IMG/VR virus record: IMGVR_UViG_3300043568_000902
DNA: 60,685 nucleotides
Strand: one strand, 5' to 3'
DNA from: an uncultured virus (IMG/VR IMGVR_UViG_3300043568_000902)
Lineage: Duplodnaviria > Heunggongvirae > Uroviricota > Caudoviricetes
In this document: positions 56,410-60,685 of the stretch, piece after piece
Numbering within the stretch: the stretch's first letter is position 1
Layout: each line of letters begins with the position of its first letter
The notes under the pieces: generated by a model
Told to the model about the DNA's origin: nothing
The model's input: only the letters and a program-made list of their open reading frames with translations
Database searches by the model: none
Program-made: the position numbers and the translations under genes

Positions 56410-57300
56410 TCAGGCTATGTTACTCATAGCCAATAACATTTTCTTTGTAGAAAATATTATTCCTGGTGCCTGCCTAATAGGCCATACCCCTTCTAAGAAT
56501 TTGACGGGGGTGGCCCCCAAGCGCGAACGCACCGGGGGGATGCTTGGTATACATCCCTTACATCGCCTCCCACATTAAATTTCCCCTACCACCATCCCCC
56601 GGGGGGTGTCCCCACCTAACCTTACTACCGGGGGTAGGTTGATTGTCTTATTCCCTAGGGGGGTATATGTAGGAGAACCATAAGTGTCAAGTTTATTGCA
56701 CAAAAAACTGGACATTCCCCCCTATATGCCCCTACATATAAATGTGGGGTAATACGGTAATACTATATGCAAGTGCATGCAAAATCTGGAAAAATTCATG
56801 CAAAATTATAGGGGGTAATTCGAAGAACTTCCGAGTTTGGCACCTTTTCGTTACGGAGTTTGGCATCTATAAGTCGCCAATACTCCTAAAATTTTCCAGT
56901 AATAGCGGATTAGCGCCAGGGGGTTGGGGATTATTTTCCACTAAAAGCCTGATTCTGTAGATTATTTTCCACAATGCTTGTCGCAAAAGTTTACTATACT
57001 TGCGACTAAGTACCGACCAAGTAACCGTACAAGTACCCCTCCAGTACCCATCAAGCTTGTCACAAAAGTTTAACATATTTGTGACAGATGTGGTTTATAA
57101 CATCTATCTCATATCAATGGTGCCAGGTTTATCCTGACATCTATACTATAAAACGTACCCGGAGAGGTACGGAGTATACTCTCTATACATGATAATGTCC
57201 CTTACAGGGTATAAAAATGAGGTTTTTTGTTTCTTATAAACCACATTATAGTATGGTATACTATGCATCTCGGTACAAAACTATGGCTTTTGCATATTAA
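56410..57300. other. Long non-coding region with G/C tracts and many imperfect palindromes (candidate genome terminus/origin)
   Basis: No credible ORF; sits between the early - block and the late + block. Confidence 0.5.
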
Positions 57301-57306
57301 AACATG

Positions 57307-57873
57307 TTATAATGTGGTTTGCCTAGCTCTTTTTCCAATTACTTTTGTCTTAAGATCTACCGCTTTAAGTGCCAATACACATTTCTGAATAACAGCTAGA
57401 TTTACATTATCTCCCTTTTCCAATAGAGATAGTGTAGATCTGGATACTCCCATTAATTCGGATAGCTGTTGTTGGGTTAACTTTCTACATAATCTTTCTC
57501 TTTTAAGGATAGAAGACATACTATGTATAATTCTAAATAAGTCATCAAATGCTTTTGCATCATCGTCTGACCTTGTTTCTACTAGCTCTTCTGGCATTAG
57601 CATTATATTAAGCAAGCTGGGATTAATGTTGTAGTAGTAATCTATCCAGTATCTTTCTCTATCTGGTAAATCATTAATATCTTTAACTTCTTCTATGATG
57701 TCTATCTTAGGGTAAAGCCAATTCTCCTCCAGCATTTTAACCCAGTCATTAACGTGTGAAGAATGTGAGTTAGTTAAATGTTGTAGGGGTCTTTTTTCAC
57801 CTACTGTGCTTTTGCCTATGTACTGATAGACATCGTTTCTTGGATCTCGTAGTCCGTAGATTATGTTTTTCAT
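57307..57873 (-). CDS. GIY-YIG nuclease fused to XRE-type HTH
   Basis: IYGL.DPR...YIGKS..R...H..E.YWI..N; LTQQQLSELMGVSRSTLSLLEKG. TACCTTTG box at 57898-57905. Confidence 0.8.
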   Translation of the reverse strand: MKNIIYGLRDPRNDVYQYIGKSTVGEKRPLQHLTNSHSSHVNDWVKMLEENWLYPKIDIIEEVKDINDLPDRERYWIDYYYNINPSLLNIMLMPEELVETRSDDDAKAFDDLFRIIHSMSSILKRERLCRKLTQQQLSELMGVSRSTLSLLEKGDNVNLAVIQKCVLALKAVDLKTKVIGKRARQTTL

Positions 57874-58012
57874 ATTTAGTATGTATTAGATATAATACAA
57901 AGGTATGAAATATAATACACATAAACAACACCTCTCGTAACATTTTTATATATATTTTTGTTACGAACCATACTTTAGTGTGGTAACAATTTTACGCTAT
58001 ATTTGTTACGAG

Positions 58013-58213
58013 ATGCTACAGTTTATTACCTACACCCTACGGTGGATATCTTCTAACCTAGCTATTCCTTTCTGGACAGTTGGGCACATCCACCTTAGTA
58101 TTAATGTCTACGAGGATCTGGTAGAGATAGCTTCTTCTATAGGTATGAACCTTATAGTAGCTGTAGGATTCTATATGGAATGGCGAGAGCATAAAAAAAA
58201 TTCTTGCCCGTAA
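58013..58213 (+). CDS. Small membrane protein
   Basis: Start MLQFIT after a TATATTTG box (57998-58005); two hydrophobic segments. Confidence 0.6.
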   Translation: MLQFITYTLRWISSNLAIPFWTVGHIHLSINVYEDLVEIASSIGMNLIVAVGFYMEWREHKKNSCP

Positions 58214-58254
58214 CAAATTCTTGTATATATTTGTCACAACTAAACCAATGAACT

Positions 58255-58545
58255 ATGTCATTATTTAAACAACTACGTGGTAAACGCGTAATGATTCAGA
58301 AGCCTGAGTCTGAGAATAAATCCTTAATTGAACTTACTCCAGAAGTAGAAGCACAACTTGAGAAAGAGGCTATTGCAAAATGGACTCGTCTTAAAGTTTA
58401 TGCTGTTGGTACAGATGTTACCGATGTTGTTGCTGGAGATGAGGTGTACATTACACCAGGTGTTTTAGCAGCAGCTGAGATTTTTAAAGTTGAAGAGGAA
58501 GTGTTTATCATTGTACCGGATCACGCGGTAGCAGTTATATACTAA
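58255..58545 (+). CDS. groES: GroES-like co-chaperonin
   Basis: L.G.RV.I..P..V.AVG.DV..V..GDEV; TATATTTG box at 58226-58233. Confidence 0.7.
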   Translation: MSLFKQLRGKRVMIQKPESENKSLIELTPEVEAQLEKEAIAKWTRLKVYAVGTDVTDVVAGDEVYITPGVLAAAEIFKVEEEVFIIVPDHAVAVIY

Positions 58546-58763
58546 TTATTTCGGCCTAAAGCTTGGATGCGGAAGTGGGTTTTCTCCTGCTCTGCTGCCA
58601 TGATGGCCATGATACCACGGAGTTCCTCGTAAGTAAGTTCTACTACAAGTTCTTCTTCACTATCTAGCACTTGTATTACTCGCGGGTCTATATATATGTT
58701 AGCCTCAACCTGTTCATCAGAGTGAGGTACTTGATATGTTCCCGCTTTAATATAAGTTGCCAT
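58542..58763 (-). CDS. Hypothetical protein
   Basis: 73-aa ORF. Confidence 0.6.
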   Translation of the reverse strand: MATYIKAGTYQVPHSDEQVEANIYIDPRVIQVLDSEEELVVELTYEELRGIMAIMAAEQEKTHFRIQALGRNN

Positions 58764-58766
58764 GTG

Positions 58767-59768
58767 TTATGATACTACTCCGTCAATGATCATCTTGTTA
58801 TCTACTGAGAAGGTACCATCCTTCTCTAGTTTAACTACCGCAAAACCGTGTACCCAATCACTGTGCCCTTTCATATATTCAGGATAAAGTTCACATAGGC
58901 ATCCCGTTGACCAAGCTCCTTGGATATTGTTGTTAATGTCACGGGTTATAAACTCTGATTTTCTATGGAAGTGGCCGCAGATAGTACTAGCTTTTGCTTT
59001 AAGGTATAGGTTCCTTGCAGGGTTTACTGTACCACCACCTAGATATTCATGACCGTGTATAATGTTTAACTTACCTGCTTTGATTGTAGAGTTAGAGTCT
59101 ATGAGTTGTATTTGATTTTCTCCAAATCTTAGGAGCATCTTTAATTCAAACTCATCCATACCAATCCACTCTGGTGCCTTAATCCTTAGCCACTTCTCAA
59201 GTCTATCCTCATGGTTACCAATCTTGTAATAGATTCTAGCTTTAGGAAATGCTGTACGCAAAGCTTTCATAAACCATCTACCTTGTTCAAGTTCTACTTG
59301 CATCTTAGGTTTAGAAGGGTCCTTGTCAAACCGTGACAGCTGGTAGAAATCTAAGACATCCCCGTTAAGAAGTATTGTATTAACTTCTTCCTTGATTCCG
59401 TATTGAATAGCACTACCAAGAGCTTCTTCATCATGATAAGGGAAGTGAATATCAGAAAGAATAAGAATATGATTGGCATCATCTGGCAATACAAAGTCAT
59501 TAGGTCCAGACTTATATGATTTTGGTATGTCATTGAATGGTGCATAGTTGTATGTTATGGGTCTTTGTAACTCAGGGTCTACATTCTTCCTTGTTTCTTT
59601 ACCACCTAGTCCTGAATGCCGCTTCAGTAGTGAGCGCGCGTGATCTACACTATTGAAGTGTAATTCATTTTCGGCGAGCATAATTTTAGCAATTGTTTGG
59701 ATTGGAAGCTTAGGATACTTCTTTAGATACTGTTTAGCGAGTTTGCCAGTAGCGGTAATCTTATTCAT
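58767..59768 (-). CDS. Calcineurin-like metallophosphoesterase
   Basis: SDIH, NGDVLD, GNHE, HGH, GHFH motifs. Confidence 0.88.
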   Translation of the reverse strand: MNKITATGKLAKQYLKKYPKLPIQTIAKIMLAENELHFNSVDHARSLLKRHSGLGGKETRKNVDPELQRPITYNYAPFNDIPKSYKSGPNDFVLPDDANHILILSDIHFPYHDEEALGSAIQYGIKEEVNTILLNGDVLDFYQLSRFDKDPSKPKMQVELEQGRWFMKALRTAFPKARIYYKIGNHEDRLEKWLRIKAPEWIGMDEFELKMLLRFGENQIQLIDSNSTIKAGKLNIIHGHEYLGGGTVNPARNLYLKAKASTICGHFHRKSEFITRDINNNIQGAWSTGCLCELYPEYMKGHSDWVHGFAVVKLEKDGTFSVDNKMIIDGVVS

Positions 59769-59926
59769 AAGATGTGTATATCTTACGCAAGATTAAGGAA
59801 AATATTTTAATAATCAGCACTTTAGCTAAAAATATTTTTTTTTATATCCTATAGATAACTAACTTTGGATAATAACAAATTATTTCTTATATTAGATATA
59901 TACTAATCCATTAATCAAATCAAGTC

Positions 59927-60145
59927 ATGGAACTAAATTTCACACCGGAAGAAGTAGCAAAGCATATTAGCAATGCTTATGATAGCGTTACTCTTATTAC
60001 AGAGCTAACTGCTAAAGAGTCTCTAACAGAAGAAGAGACTGAAATGCTCTCACGTAATGTGGGACATATTCATATCATGCTAGAAAAAGCATGGTTCACT
60101 GAAGGGCTTACACCTGAACAAAAAACAGAGTTGGAGGCTATATGA
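59927..60145 (+). CDS. Hypothetical protein
   Basis: 72-aa ORF; TAACTTTG at 59860-59867. Confidence 0.65.
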   Translation: MELNFTPEEVAKHISNAYDSVTLITELTAKESLTEEETEMLSRNVGHIHIMLEKAWFTEGLTPEQKTELEAI

Positions 60146-60276
60146 ATAAAGAACAAGCATTAGAAGTTTTAAATCAAGCACTAGATCAAGCGTTTAAAAA
60201 AGGCGCTTACTCACTACAAGACGCTGGATTTATTACAAAGGCTTTAGAGACTTTGTTTCCTCAAGAGAATAATTAA
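60142..60276 (+). CDS. 44-aa hypothetical protein
   Basis: Manually translated: MNKEQALEVLNQALDQAFKKG...; ATGA coupling. Confidence 0.6.
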   Translation: MNKEQALEVLNQALDQAFKKGAYSLQDAGFITKALETLFPQENN

Positions 60277-60296
60277 CAAACTAAACTTATAATAAA

Positions 60297-60685
60297 ATGG
60301 ATATTTTAAACTGGCTCTATCTTGCCAAAAATAAATTTGTACGTGATCAACCGGGTAGTCTTCAAGACTTAATGATCTTTGGTTCTAAAGTTGGATTTAC
60401 CAAACGTGGCGATAAGTACCAAAACTACGCAATGGAAATTGGTGAATTTGCTCAAATATTACCTCCAGGTCCAGCTGGTCCTCAAGGAGTTGCTGGTGTT
60501 GCTGGCCCTGCTGGGGCACCAGGTCCTGTTGGTCCTGCTGGTTTAAACTGGCAAGGAGCATGGTCTGCTTTAGGAACTTATGTAATAGATGACGCAGTAG
60601 GTTACGGTGGAGCATCATGGTTCTGTATTGCTAACGTAGGTCCTACCGCTACTGTACCTTCAGCGGATCCTACAAAATGGGCATT
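60297..60685 (+). CDS. Collagen-like fibre protein with CBM5/12-like module, 3'-truncated
   Basis: MDILNWLYL..., (GXY)n GPAGPQGVAG..GPVGPAG, then W.G.W....Y...D.V.YGG.SW.C. Confidence 0.8.
   Translation, partial: MDILNWLYLAKNKFVRDQPGSLQDLMIFGSKVGFTKRGDKYQNYAMEIGEFAQILPPGPAGPQGVAGVAGPAGAPGPVGPAGLNWQGAWSALGTYVIDDAVGYGGASWFCIANVGPTATVPSADPTKWA

Noticed and set aside
54767..56578. + strand ORFs (54767, 54777, 54901, 55732, 56357) and the alternative - frame ORF at 54894
   Set aside because: Shadows caused by higher GC and palindromic content; no A-rich leaders; they overlap better-supported genes.
56742..57076. ORFs 56742-56960 (+) and 56867-57076 (-)
   Set aside because: They run through the palindrome array with no recognisable motif or leader; probably chance ORFs, though short peptides cannot be excluded.
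54417..57300. CRISPR array
   Set aside because: Repeats are short, irregularly spaced and lack constant-length spacers; no cas genes.
60397..60618. - strand 73-aa ORF
   Set aside because: Antisense to the collagen-like fibre gene starting at 60297.
1..60685. Stop-codon reassignment (seen in some crAss-like phages)
   Set aside because: Giant ORFs are intact under code 11, and TAG and TGA terminate genes at coupled junctions.

Overview
A 60.7-kb segment of a crAss-like (Crassvirales-type) dsDNA phage. The host is probably Bacteroidota: TAnnTTTG promoter boxes are present and the standard genetic code is used. + strand 1-18.2 kb: a giant virion two-barrel RNA polymerase (DFDID motif, 5'-truncated), a 2568-aa zincin-bearing virion/ejection protein, a lysis cassette that includes a PAS-domain membrane protein, and small basic proteins. 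- strand 18.2-56.3 kb: replication/repair genes (PolB, PD-(D/E)XK nuclease, MoxR-type AAA + vWA pair, primase, SSB, AAA_24, DnaB, UDG, SPL-like radical SAM, SF2 helicase), many small ORFs, a DUF2828/TROVE-like gene preceded by three repeated structured RNAs, and a twister-like ribozyme. The most unusual part is the ~2-kb putative earliest-gene block (54.3-56.4 kb). Its non-coding (+, template) strand folds almost end to end into hairpins with DNA-type GNA loops, and each gene is preceded by a GGGTAT + hairpin module. After it come a G/C-tract and palindrome-rich intergenic region (likely terminus/origin) and the start of a + strand late block. All protein family calls rest on motifs recognised by eye, and all structures were paired by hand; no database search or folding program was run.
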